This document shows positions 9,527 through 18,916 of a DNA stretch of 64,000 bases, one piece after another. Location of the stretch: assembly GCA_014239955.1 (NCBI GenBank), contig JAAZXW010000011.1, positions 1 to 64,000 of the forward strand, written 5' to 3'. Source of the DNA: Methanobacteriota archaeon (GTDB lineage Archaea > Thermoplasmatota > Poseidoniia > Poseidoniales > Thalassarchaeaceae). The translations under genes were made by a program, and so were the position numbers. The notes beneath the pieces were generated by a model, which was not told where the DNA came from, searched no databases, and saw nothing but the letters and a program-made list of their open reading frames with translations. Numbering within the stretch: the first letter of the stretch is position 1; each line of letters opens with the position of its first letter.

Positions 9527-9546
9527 GAATTCGTGGAAGTTGTGAA

Positions 9547-10779
9547 ATGACCGAGAGTGCCGTTGTAGTCGACGGGGCAAGGACCCCGTTCTGCGAGTGG
9601 CTAGGTGGAAAGCGAGGGGACGGGGGCCCAGGTGGACGACTAGCCTCTGTCTCTGCAGAGGAACTGGGCACTATCGCAATCAGGGGTGCGATGGAGAAGG
9701 CTGGTACCGACCCAAGTACCGTAGACCACGTCGTAATGGGGCATGCACTCCAGACTTCCGGACAAGCAATATTCGGAGCTAGGCATGCGGGACTGAGGGC
9801 GGGAATTCCCCAGGAAGTCCCGATGCTCACGCTAAACCGACTTTGCGGAAGTGGGGCCCAATCGATAATCAGTGCATCCCAGATGATAATGTTGGGGGAG
9901 GCAGAAGTCGTCGTCGCCGGAGGCATGGAGAATCTCAGCCAGGCCCCTCACGTCCTCAGAGGGATGAGAGGGGCATACAAGCTTGGAAGGCCACCTGCTG
10001 CGGGAGAAGAAATACCACATGACATGGAGGACTACCTGTTCACGAATCTAGTGGACGGTGTCAGTGGCATGTTCATGGCTCAGACCAGCGACGAGCTATG
10101 TCGTAGGAAAGGGGTTCTCCGAGAGCAGGCAGATGAGTATGCAGCCATGAGCCACCAGAGGACAGAGGCCAGCGTTTCATCCGGAATATGGGGCAAGGAG
10201 ATTGTTTCCGTAGAGACTCCTGATGGTGTAATTGACCATACTCACGAGGATCACGTGGTCCTTGGGACGACTCTTGATACCCTATCGGGCCTGAGGGCCC
10301 ATTTCGGCCCCGACTCCCTAGTAACGGCAGGAAACGCCTCCGGGGTGGTCGATGGTGCGGCTGCAGTCGTGGTGAAGTCGGAGTCTCGAGCAGAGGCGGA
10401 TGACGATGAACCGCTGGCACGCATTGTCTCCTGGGGGATTGTAGGGCTAGAGCCCAGTATCATGGCATATGGCCCGGTTCCTTCCAGCCAGAAGGCTATC
10501 GAGAAAGCCGGCCTGGCCGTCTCGGACATTGATCTCTGGGAGATTAACGAGGCATTCGCCGGACAGGCAGTAGCCTGCATCAAGGATCTTGGAATCGACT
10601 ACGATAGAGTCAACGTGAATGGTGGTGCTGTAGGTCTGGGGCACCCTCTAGCCGCAACTGGAACCAGGCTGATCCTGACCCTCTCGCACGAGTTGAGGAG
10701 CAGCGGAGGCCGTTACGGTGTGGCTACGGCTTGCATCGGGGGCGGTCAAGGCATCGCTGTCGTCGTAGAATCCCTCTGA
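9547..10779 (+). CDS. Acetyl-CoA C-acetyltransferase (thiolase)
   Basis: Active-site regions NRLCGSGAQSI, GHPLAATGTRL and ACIGGGQGIAVVVE; start taken at the ATG 9547 (MTESAVVVDGARTPF). Confidence 0.85.
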   Translation: MTESAVVVDGARTPFCEWLGGKRGDGGPGGRLASVSAEELGTIAIRGAMEKAGTDPSTVDHVVMGHALQTSGQAIFGARHAGLRAGIPQEVPMLTLNRLCGSGAQSIISASQMIMLGEAEVVVAGGMENLSQAPHVLRGMRGAYKLGRPPAAGEEIPHDMEDYLFTNLVDGVSGMFMAQTSDELCRRKGVLREQADEYAAMSHQRTEASVSSGIWGKEIVSVETPDGVIDHTHEDHVVLGTTLDTLSGLRAHFGPDSLVTAGNASGVVDGAAAVVVKSESRAEADDDEPLARIVSWGIVGLEPSIMAYGPVPSSQKAIEKAGLAVSDIDLWEINEAFAGQAVACIKDLGIDYDRVNVNGGAVGLGHPLAATGTRLILTLSHELRSSGGRYGVATACIGGGQGIAVVVESL

Positions 10780-10835
10780 TCTGACTGTGAACCTATCATC
10801 GGAGGGGTTATGTCTAATCGAATTAGACAACGCAT

Positions 10836-11108
10836 ATGTCACACATACCCGGAACCGGACACTCAAACAACGCTAGAAGTCTAGTAAAGACTGTGACATG
10901 GAGAACAATTGGGACGATGGATACCATAATTATCTCATATTTAATCACTGGAAGCATAGCAATGGGGGCAGCCATCGGGGGGACCGAGCTATTCACTAAG
11001 ATGTTCCTCTATTACCTCCATGAGAGGGGCTGGAGTAGAATCGACTGGGGGCTAGAGGATATTGATTCGATAGAAACCTCAGCCATTCCGGTTACTGCTT
11101 CCCCATAG
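10836..11108 (+). CDS. Small membrane protein, DUF2061-like; paralog 1
   Basis: Shared pattern KT.TWR.IGT.DT..ISYLITG...YYLHERGW.RIDWG. Confidence 0.5.
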   Translation: MSHIPGTGHSNNARSLVKTVTWRTIGTMDTIIISYLITGSIAMGAAIGGTELFTKMFLYYLHERGWSRIDWGLEDIDSIETSAIPVTASP

Positions 11109-11155
11109 TAAAATACGAAGTTACCAAACCCAATACCGGTTAGGTTAATTGCCCA

Positions 11156-11401
11156 ATGTTAGGCCCGGGCGAAGATATGGCGATGGGTATGTACACTAGG
11201 GAACGCGTTCTGGCAAAGACATTTGTCTGGAGAATGATTGCAACTTTGACAGGTGCGGCAATAGCTGCGATTCTGAGTGGTGAGCTAGAAACAGCTGGCT
11301 GGTTCATAATCATCGAGTTCCCACTAAAGATGGGATTCTACTACGTCCACGAGAGAGCCTGGGAATCAATCGAGTGGGGGGTCGCCGAACCCTCGGTATG
11401 A
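11156..11401 (+). CDS. Small membrane protein, DUF2061-like; paralog 2
   Basis: KTFVWRMIATLTG...YYVHERAWESIEWG; about 40% identical to the upstream paralog over the conserved core. Confidence 0.5.
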   Translation: MLGPGEDMAMGMYTRERVLAKTFVWRMIATLTGAAIAAILSGELETAGWFIIIEFPLKMGFYYVHERAWESIEWGVAEPSV

Positions 11402-11403
11402 TC

Positions 11404-14130
11404 CTATTCGCGGATGAACCAGTGTTCCTTCCTTGGTGGCAGAGGCCTCTTCATCCATAATGGCCTCCTTTCTCCACGAGGATGGACCTCTTTCTCCTTG
11501 GCCATCTCGTTCCATCTCTTGTAGTACTCAAACGACTTATTCGTATCGACCTCAACGTCCCCGTACTTCTCTCCTTCCACTGGTCTTGATATTCTCACCT
11601 TCTGAAGCCAGCAATGCGCACCGCTGATTGGGTCTGGCTGTACGGCATGAGTGATGTTCTGGTGCACCCCTCCATCCCTCCACCACACCCTGTTGGTATC
11701 CGGGTCGTCGGACTCCCATGGCCTGACTCCGGTGACCGTCCTCATCCGCATCCTGCCTTCTCCCAGGTCCTCTATCTCGACTTCGTTGGTCATGTATCTG
11801 TTGCCCGAGTCCTGTTTCCTTCGCCATCTCCCTATGTGGTGCGAGCATCCGATAATCCCCGGCTTAATCCCCTCAGTCACCCAGACCTTGTCGATGAACC
11901 AGCCTATCTCGGTCTCCACTTTGAGCAAGTCCCCCTCCCCAACCCCTAGCTTAGCAGCATCAGTGGGATGGACCCAAAGGGGGTTTCGGTGGGCTATCTC
12001 TGCCAGCCATTTGGCATTGGCAGAGCGTGAGTGGATGTGCTGGGGGAGTCGGAAGTTGGGTAGGAGGCAGTACTCGTCCTCTCCCTGTAGGTTGTCCGGA
12101 TGCACGTGGCTCATGACTCTGTAATGCGGGATGGAGTGCTCGGGGTATCCGAACTCTACCATGCTGTTTGAGTAAAGCTCCTGCTTCCCACTGGGCGTCG
12201 GCCATCCGTCTTCCTCGTGCTTATTGTAGGTGGCCTCCTCGATCAGGAAAGCACCGTGCTTCCTCATGTACCCAAGTGGATCCGTCCCTTCGGCCTCTGC
12301 TGCTTCTGGGAGTCCGGGAATCCTTTCGAACATGTACTGGTAGTATTCGTCGATGGTGATTCTCTCCCCCTCACGATACGGACTCATGAAGTGCTCGCGA
12401 ATCCCCATAGTCCCGTCGTCAATCCTCCATGACAACTCGTTCCAGAACTCGTCCTCCTCCCACACCTCTCCGGGATTTACCTCGTGCGTGAACTCGACCT
12501 CTTTCCCCTCCCTGCGTGCATACTCTCTCAGAACCGGTTGTCTGAACGCTACCCACTTGCCCGAGCTTGTCGCGTATGAGTTGACGTCGTGCCTCTCTGA
12601 GGCATGACCCATAGGGAGGACGTAGTCGGCGAAGAAAGCCGTCTCGTTCCAAGTAGGGGTTAGAGCCACGTGGCATCCAACCGACTCCTTGTTCTGCAGC
12701 ATCTCGATCCAAGAGAACCCATCCGGGTAGGTCCAAACTGGATTGAAAACCCTTGTGAAGTAAACGTCCATAGAGCCCCTGCCGTCCTTGACCAGGTGAG
12801 GTAGGATGTGACTCATCTCGTAGTGGGACAGGGTGTACTCAGGAGGGAAGTGCAACTCGTTCCATCCATCTGGGTCCGGAGGGTCGTCGAACAGGTCCGG
12901 CTTGTACTTCGACCACGAGTTGGGTGAAGTCCCGCCCTCGGTCCCGACGCTCCCTGTCAGGACGTTAAGCAGATGCAGGGTCCTGCTGACTTGCCAGCCA
13001 CCGAGATTACCTATGGCGGCAGCCCTCCAAACATGTGTCGCTAGCTTGCTTCCTGAGTTTGCTACGATTTCTCCGACCTCTATGACTTGCTCAATGGGGA
13101 TCCTGCACTCCTTCGCAGCGAACTCGGGCGTGTACTGTGCGTACTCTTCTCTTAGTAGTTCGATGAAGCGGTCGAACTCCAGTGGCTCTCCCGGATGATC
13201 GGCCTCCAACCACTCCTCCCAGTTCACCCAGTTCTCAACGAAGTCCCTGTCGAACAGGCCTCGTTCCAGAATCATGCTCGCCCATGAGAGGAAAAGGGCA
13301 GATTCGGATCCGGGCCAAGTCGGTAGCCAATGATCTGCCATCGCCGCTGTGTTGGAGAGCCTTGGGTCAATTACGATGAGCTTAGCACCATCCATCATTC
13401 CCTCGAGAATCCTCTGTGCATGTGGGTTGAAGTAGTGACCCGTCTCCAAATGGGAGGAAGTTAGTAAGATCACCTTGGCGTTGGCGTGATCGGGTGATGG
13501 CCTATCGTGACGATGCCAGAGTGAGTAGCCGGTCCTTGCTCCTGCGGAGCATATGTTTGTGTGGCTATTGTGGCCATCCACCCCCCATGCCTTCAGAATC
13601 CTGTTGGTGTACCCCTCGTGCCCAGGGCGTCCGACGTGATACACCACTCTGTCCTTGGCCCCTGTCTTCAGGGATTCACGAATCTTTGTGGAGATCTCGT
13701 CCAATGCCACTTCCCAGGAAATCCTCTCCCAACCTCCCTCTCCCCTGGGGCCCACCCTCCTCATTGGGTGGAGTATCCTCTCCGTGTCATTGATCTGGTT
13801 AATTGTGGCAGGGCCCTTGGCACAGTTCCTCCCCCTGCTCCCAGGGTGATGGGGGTTCCCTTCGAACTTCGATACCTTCCCCGAGTCCTTGTCGACATAG
13901 GCGAGAAGGCCACAGGCCGACTCGCAGTTGAAGCAGGTCGTCGGAATCAGTGAGTACCGTTTCTCGATCATCTTTGGCCACTCATTGGCATCAAGCTCCA
14001 CGTGATCGTGCCACTCATTCGGTTCGGGGAAAGCCCTCAGTGGGCCATTCGCCCCCTCAGCATCTCGTCTGTCCAGATTGGGAATTATTCGAAGGCGCTG
14101 TGCCACTTTCTCGATGAACGTCTTTCCCAA
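11404..14130 (-). CDS. Molybdopterin (Mo-bisPGD) oxidoreductase catalytic subunit, polysulfide/thiosulfate/tetrathionate-reductase-like; no Tat signal
   Basis: N-terminal [4Fe-4S] motif CFNCESACGLL...NPHHPGSRGRNCAKG; 908 aa; no S/T-RRxFLK motif in the first 40 residues. Confidence 0.7.
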   Translation of the reverse strand: MGKTFIEKVAQRLRIIPNLDRRDAEGANGPLRAFPEPNEWHDHVELDANEWPKMIEKRYSLIPTTCFNCESACGLLAYVDKDSGKVSKFEGNPHHPGSRGRNCAKGPATINQINDTERILHPMRRVGPRGEGGWERISWEVALDEISTKIRESLKTGAKDRVVYHVGRPGHEGYTNRILKAWGVDGHNSHTNICSAGARTGYSLWHRHDRPSPDHANAKVILLTSSHLETGHYFNPHAQRILEGMMDGAKLIVIDPRLSNTAAMADHWLPTWPGSESALFLSWASMILERGLFDRDFVENWVNWEEWLEADHPGEPLEFDRFIELLREEYAQYTPEFAAKECRIPIEQVIEVGEIVANSGSKLATHVWRAAAIGNLGGWQVSRTLHLLNVLTGSVGTEGGTSPNSWSKYKPDLFDDPPDPDGWNELHFPPEYTLSHYEMSHILPHLVKDGRGSMDVYFTRVFNPVWTYPDGFSWIEMLQNKESVGCHVALTPTWNETAFFADYVLPMGHASERHDVNSYATSSGKWVAFRQPVLREYARREGKEVEFTHEVNPGEVWEEDEFWNELSWRIDDGTMGIREHFMSPYREGERITIDEYYQYMFERIPGLPEAAEAEGTDPLGYMRKHGAFLIEEATYNKHEEDGWPTPSGKQELYSNSMVEFGYPEHSIPHYRVMSHVHPDNLQGEDEYCLLPNFRLPQHIHSRSANAKWLAEIAHRNPLWVHPTDAAKLGVGEGDLLKVETEIGWFIDKVWVTEGIKPGIIGCSHHIGRWRRKQDSGNRYMTNEVEIEDLGEGRMRMRTVTGVRPWESDDPDTNRVWWRDGGVHQNITHAVQPDPISGAHCWLQKVRISRPVEGEKYGDVEVDTNKSFEYYKRWNEMAKEKEVHPRGERRPLWMKRPLPPRKEHWFIRE

Positions 14131-14139
14131 CCTATCACC

Positions 14140-15579
14140 TCACAACAACGGCTCCATCTGCGGCCTCACGACCAAGTGATTGTCATGGGCAAGAATCCCT
14201 AACAGAACCACTCCACCTACTATGAAGGAGAGCGGTTCCATCAATACAAGGGGGAAGAAAACTGCAGCCCCTATGGCCACGGTCTCGACTAGGAACTTCG
14301 CAGGCAGTAGGGAATCTTCTGACCAAGATCTGCCCTTTGCCTGCATCAAGAGCCAAGCCGTGTACACCCCAGTGAGTAAGGCCAGGGGCAATCCAGCAAT
14401 TGCCAGGTACGAAAGAAATGTCCGATCAAGGTCCAGTATTATCACTGCCACACTTAGGGCTAACACTCCACCATATCCAGAGAGGATGTACGCCCCCCTG
14501 ACTAGCCAAGAGTCCCAATTAGGACGAAGCATCACGTAGAGGAACCTCTCTGGTCTGTCAAGATCAATAACAAGGAGCAATCCAGTAAGTGCGAGGAAAA
14601 CTACCCCAATTGCCAGGGTCATCGCCCACAGTCCATCACTCATCTCAACCAGTCCAGAAAGCATTGCTAGTACTGCTACTACATATGTTCCTGCTGCTAT
14701 CCCCTTTGTCCAGATGTAAGCTGACACTTCCCAACCCCACAGGACTCCCTTGCTCGGCTGATCGTAACTCCTCTTGGCCTCGCCTGTTTCGTTCGCTAGC
14801 CTATCCATCACATCTCTGATGATTGCCTGGTCTCTAGGGGCGGACTGCTTCGCCTTCTTCTCCAGAGCCAGTTGCACAATCATAGATTTGGTATCGGCAC
14901 CACCCAGTCGACTCTCTGCGTACTTTGCAAAGTGCCCGACGCCGAAGGCCTGCTCTGTCCACATGCCAGCCCCCGTCACATCTGTAGCGGATGGGTCAAG
15001 CATCTCCTCGCTAGCATCAATGTAGTACAAGTTGGGAACCGCACCTGACTGGGGCTTCCTCACCGTTGTTTCGTGGGAAGCTACAAGATTGGAAATTGCC
15101 GAGTTGGGGTCATCCAGGTCTCCTGAGACTATGGATTCCGTTGGGCAAACGATTACGCAGGCAGGTTCGTAGGAGTGCTCGATCCTGTGAGCGCAATAGT
15201 TGCACTTAGCAGCAGTTCCCTTGTTGGGGTCGATGTACAGGGCGTCGTAAGGGCACGCTTGCATGCACGACTTGCATCCTATGCACCTCTCATCATCGAA
15301 ATCGACTATCCCATCAGACCTCGTGAATAGCGCTGTAGTAGGGCAGATTGTAGTACATGGGGAATCCTCGCAATGGTTGCACCGATGGACGCTGAATTCT
15401 CTGGTGGAGTCCGGATATGTCCCCTTCTCGATGTACTTGACATGGGTCCTGTTTACCCCGATTGGGATATCGTGCTCTGACTTGCAGGCTACGGTGCAAG
15501 CGTGGCAGCCGATACAAGTCTTGTTGTTTATCACGAATCCGTAGTTCGTCACTATTGCTGCGACAAGGCTTCGACGCAA
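14140..15579 (-). CDS. Four-cluster ferredoxin (PsrB/DmsB-like) fused to a truncated NrfD/PsrC-like membrane anchor
   Basis: Four Cys motifs (CIGCHACTVAC, CNHCEDSPCTTICP, CIGCKSCMQACP, CNYCAH...CVIVCP); C-terminal about 200 aa contains WGWEVSAYIWTKGIAAG and DLDRPERFLYVMLRPNWDSWLVRGAYIL, which are NrfD-family signatures. Confidence 0.7.
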   Translation of the reverse strand: MRRSLVAAIVTNYGFVINNKTCIGCHACTVACKSEHDIPIGVNRTHVKYIEKGTYPDSTREFSVHRCNHCEDSPCTTICPTTALFTRSDGIVDFDDERCIGCKSCMQACPYDALYIDPNKGTAAKCNYCAHRIEHSYEPACVIVCPTESIVSGDLDDPNSAISNLVASHETTVRKPQSGAVPNLYYIDASEEMLDPSATDVTGAGMWTEQAFGVGHFAKYAESRLGGADTKSMIVQLALEKKAKQSAPRDQAIIRDVMDRLANETGEAKRSYDQPSKGVLWGWEVSAYIWTKGIAAGTYVVAVLAMLSGLVEMSDGLWAMTLAIGVVFLALTGLLLVIDLDRPERFLYVMLRPNWDSWLVRGAYILSGYGGVLALSVAVIILDLDRTFLSYLAIAGLPLALLTGVYTAWLLMQAKGRSWSEDSLLPAKFLVETVAIGAAVFFPLVLMEPLSFIVGGVVLLGILAHDNHLVVRPQMEPLL

Positions 15580-15591
15580 AATGGTTCTGTG

Positions 15592-16758
15592 TCACCCAAG
15601 GAGAATTCCCAGGATGGCTCCCCCAGCTAGCCATGCACCCGCCATTGAACCGAGATTCCCTAGGAACGTGACCATCAGCACCCTACCGACACGATTTTTC
15701 CAGAAAAGAGACACCTCGTCAAGGACCAGGAAGTCCTTTGCGTCCTTCCCTGTCGGTGAGGCCACCTTCAGCTGCGTGTATCCAGCGAACCATCCAGCTG
15801 CAAGTGTGGGATTGAGGGATGTGATTGGCGATGCAATAGCACCTACTAGTATGGAGAGCGGGTGACCCCTTGCAATGAGGACTCCAATTCCGGCTAGGAG
15901 GGCATTGAGTAGGAGCCAAGTCTGAGCCGTCTGCTTTAGAGCCCCCATCTCGCCATTTGCAACCATCCAAGCCACAGCACCAAAGAGGAATATTGGGATT
16001 GCCGCCATCAGCAGTCTCGGCCAAATTGACTTGATGGGTTCCTTGCTAAGTTCTGCCAGTCTTGACGTCGTTTCCATCGCAGGCTCCCTCAGATTGTGTA
16101 CAACTCCACTAATGTGACCTGCACCGATAACGGCCAGCACCTTGCCCTTTCCTCGAATCTGCTGTATCCTTCCCGCTAGGAATGAATCTCGCTCGTCAAT
16201 CAGGACCTCTCCTGCCCCGGGGGCAATTTCTCTGGCATCTTCCATCATGCTACTGAGGAGATCCGAGTCTCCAAGCATCTCGTCTATGGACAACTCATCA
16301 TCATCCTCTTCCCATAGGAGGGCGTTCAGTATTCTCCATTTCTCGATAATTCCCATCTTCCTCCACGCTCTCCTGAGTGTGACAACGACGTCCCTGTCGA
16401 TCATTTCCACCGGAACCCCCGAATCCTCAGCAGCATTTACCGCAGCCAGGAGCTCGGCTCCAGGTTTCTCTCCCGATGAAACCCCCATCCTCCTCTGCTG
16501 CGCTGCAAGTGCAGATTGGAGGAGAATCATTGCCGACCTTCCTTCTTTGATTATTTTCAGAAGGTCTTCAGAATCTAGAGAGTCTGGTTTTGTCAATGCT
16601 GCCATTCTCGACGGGCAGAGTTCCACTGCCACCAAATCCGGCCCCCATTCTTCGATTTGATTGCGCACTAGCTCCACCGATTCGCTACTGACGTGGGCCG
16701 TTCCCAAAAGCCTCAGATTCTCATCTATCTCGATGATGTTCTTGCTCCCCTCGGACAT
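15592..16758 (-). CDS. TraB/PrgY family protein
   Basis: LLGTAHVSSESVELVRNQIEEWGPDLVAVELCPSRM and AVIGAGHISGV match TraB-family motifs; C-terminal TM helices. Confidence 0.55.
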   Translation of the reverse strand: MSEGSKNIIEIDENLRLLGTAHVSSESVELVRNQIEEWGPDLVAVELCPSRMAALTKPDSLDSEDLLKIIKEGRSAMILLQSALAAQQRRMGVSSGEKPGAELLAAVNAAEDSGVPVEMIDRDVVVTLRRAWRKMGIIEKWRILNALLWEEDDDELSIDEMLGDSDLLSSMMEDAREIAPGAGEVLIDERDSFLAGRIQQIRGKGKVLAVIGAGHISGVVHNLREPAMETTSRLAELSKEPIKSIWPRLLMAAIPIFLFGAVAWMVANGEMGALKQTAQTWLLLNALLAGIGVLIARGHPLSILVGAIASPITSLNPTLAAGWFAGYTQLKVASPTGKDAKDFLVLDEVSLFWKNRVGRVLMVTFLGNLGSMAGAWLAGGAILGILLG

Positions 16759-16762
16759 CTTC

Positions 16763-17596
16763 TCATCTCACCGCCTTCATCGCTGCGAAAGTATCCGAAT
16801 GTTCTGTGACGTCATGGACTCTGACAATGTCTACTTCTTTCTGCAAGGACATTGCAGCAATTCCCAGCGAACCAGCTAGTCTGTCATCACTCATCTCACG
16901 ACCGAGGAGGTCCCGAAACATGCTCTTCCTGCTAACCCCCCACATTAGTCCCATTTGACTATCTGGCACTATCTCCCTCCCCGAAGATAGCAGAGCCAGA
17001 TTGTTTTCCAGATTCTTCCCGAAGCCTATACCCGGGTCAACAACTATTCGAGAGGGCATAACTCCTGCTTCTATTAGGCGGCTTGTGGCTCCGTCTAAGT
17101 ATGATCTGACCTCATTCACTACGTCCTCATAATGGGGGTCGTCTTGCATGTTCTCAGGGAGTCCTTGCATGTGCATCAAGCAAACTGGACATCCGTGCTC
17201 GACTACCACATCTAGCATCTCAGGGTCGCTCATTGAAGAGACATCATTCACCATATCAGCTCCGATTTCCAGAGCCCGACGCGCAACCTCGGCCCTTCGC
17301 GTGTCCACAGATATACACACATCCGGAAGCTCAGCCCTGATGCCCTCTATCGCTGGAACAACTCTGTCTAACTCGTCTACGACCGACACTGGCTTCGCCC
17401 CTGGTCTTGTCGACTCACCTCCGACGTCAATCCATTCTGCGCCATCTGCAGCCATACTAGATGCCGTGGCTATTGCTTGATTCTTGTTTGCCGACCTAGA
17501 ATCGGGATGGAACGAGTCCGGAGTGATGTTAACAACCCCCATGACCCTAGGAAATCCATCATCTCGGCGATTTATCATAGGTCGCCAGTCGGCCAT
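16763..17596 (-). CDS. folP: Dihydropteroate synthase
   Basis: VMGVVNITPDSF and WIDVGGESTRPGA are DHPS pterin-binding motifs. Confidence 0.8.
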   Translation of the reverse strand: MADWRPMINRRDDGFPRVMGVVNITPDSFHPDSRSANKNQAIATASSMAADGAEWIDVGGESTRPGAKPVSVVDELDRVVPAIEGIRAELPDVCISVDTRRAEVARRALEIGADMVNDVSSMSDPEMLDVVVEHGCPVCLMHMQGLPENMQDDPHYEDVVNEVRSYLDGATSRLIEAGVMPSRIVVDPGIGFGKNLENNLALLSSGREIVPDSQMGLMWGVSRKSMFRDLLGREMSDDRLAGSLGIAAMSLQKEVDIVRVHDVTEHSDTFAAMKAVR

Positions 17597-17650
17597 ATGG
17601 AACTCGCAAACGACGATTGCTTTATGATGTGACGGAGGGGCAATCGGGCG

Positions 17651-18298
17651 ATGGTTCTGGGCGAGGATGCTTCCCTAGAGGCCCCAGAGTCACAAACTAA
17701 TCTAGACTCTGATGAATCTCATGACCCCGAGACTCTATTCATCCTCGACTCAATTGTTCAGAGGCTAAAACCTCGTGATGCCCACCATGTTAGGGATATG
17801 ATTACCGAACGCGCCAGGGCCTCCGGTGCTCTATTCATTTCTAGTGCGCTCTGGTGGTGGATCGCAATTAGCGAAGGCGGTCAAGAGATTAATGACGCAC
17901 AAATTCCCGACTCAACTCTAGGATCATTCGACTACGTAACTGTGAGTCTCCTGATTCCCGCACTCGTCGCTACCGCGACTCTTTTCACAGGCATTGGGAG
18001 GGAGAGGGGGAATGCGACAATGTCCCAGATTGGTGGAGGGCTAGGGGTCCTCGCAGCGTTCTACATCATCGAGCCAGCAATGATGAGCTACGGGGAGCTG
18101 GAGGGGGATGCTCTATTCGCATCCGGCAGAGTTCTTGTTCTTGCGGTGATGGTGGGCTTTGCTTCTCACATGATGTTCGATGCCCTCCTCCTCCAATGGG
18201 TCAGAGCTAGCATGCTGAACATGGGGGTCGACGTTTTCCCGTCCCCTGGAAACGAACCTCTCGAGGGTCATGCTGATGAGGCACCCCCTTACGCATGA
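17651..18298 (+). CDS. Membrane protein, hypothetical
   Basis: 215-aa ORF with an acidic N-terminus and 4-5 TM segments. Confidence 0.3.
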   Translation: MVLGEDASLEAPESQTNLDSDESHDPETLFILDSIVQRLKPRDAHHVRDMITERARASGALFISSALWWWIAISEGGQEINDAQIPDSTLGSFDYVTVSLLIPALVATATLFTGIGRERGNATMSQIGGGLGVLAAFYIIEPAMMSYGELEGDALFASGRVLVLAVMVGFASHMMFDALLLQWVRASMLNMGVDVFPSPGNEPLEGHADEAPPYA

Positions 18299-18301
18299 GG
18301 C

Positions 18302-18856
18302 ATGAGTCACGAGGTACCGCCAAGGCTGTCAGTTCTTCGATTGGGACATCGTCGTGACAGGGACAAGCGCATCACATCTCACTTGGGCCTGACTGCTAGG
18401 GCATTCGGTGCTGACGAGGTCATTCTTGCAGGAGAAAGAGACCCTTCTGCATTGGAGACTTGGGATTCTGTGACGGGCCGTTTCGGTGGCGAATTCATGA
18501 GTAGGTTCGAAGAGAGTCCAATGTCTTGGCTCAGGAAGGTATCTAAGTCCGGAGAAGTAACGATTGTCCATCTCACGATGTATGGCCGTCCTTGGAGGGA
18601 ATCAATCCCATCTATCCCAACAGATAAGCCAGCATTGGTAGTAGTGGGCGGCACTAAGGTTCCTGCCGAGGTTTACCATCTGGCTGATTACAACATCTCA
18701 ATAGGCAATCAGCCTCACTCAGAAGTGGCTGCTCTTGCTATATTCCTAGACTCTTTGATAGGACCTTTCGATGAGGGATCGAAGTTCTCAGGGGCTAAGA
18801 TGAAAGTCATCCCATCGGCTGAGGGAAAGGTTGTGGTCAACGATGACGAAGAGTGA
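18302..18856 (+). CDS. tRNA (cytidine56-2'-O)-methyltransferase aTrm56 (SPOUT family)
   Basis: VLRLGHRRDRDKRITSHLGLTARAFGADEV is the hallmark aTrm56 N-terminus. Confidence 0.8.
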   Translation: MSHEVPPRLSVLRLGHRRDRDKRITSHLGLTARAFGADEVILAGERDPSALETWDSVTGRFGGEFMSRFEESPMSWLRKVSKSGEVTIVHLTMYGRPWRESIPSIPTDKPALVVVGGTKVPAEVYHLADYNISIGNQPHSEVAALAIFLDSLIGPFDEGSKFSGAKMKVIPSAEGKVVVNDDEE

Positions 18857-18916
18857 ATTTGTGACAACGGGAAATCCGATTTCCTGTCAACCATTAAGAA
18901 TCGTACTTGGGCAGCG

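Noticed and set aside
11404-14130. Possible selenocysteine (in-frame TGA) in the molybdopterin oxidoreductase, as in some formate dehydrogenases
   Set aside because: The 908-codon ORF is uninterrupted and the FeS0/active-site region reads with Cys codons, so there is no evidence of recoding.
16142-16660. 172-aa Ser-rich plus-strand ORF
   Set aside because: It is fully antisense to the TraB-family gene and low-complexity, a typical shadow ORF.
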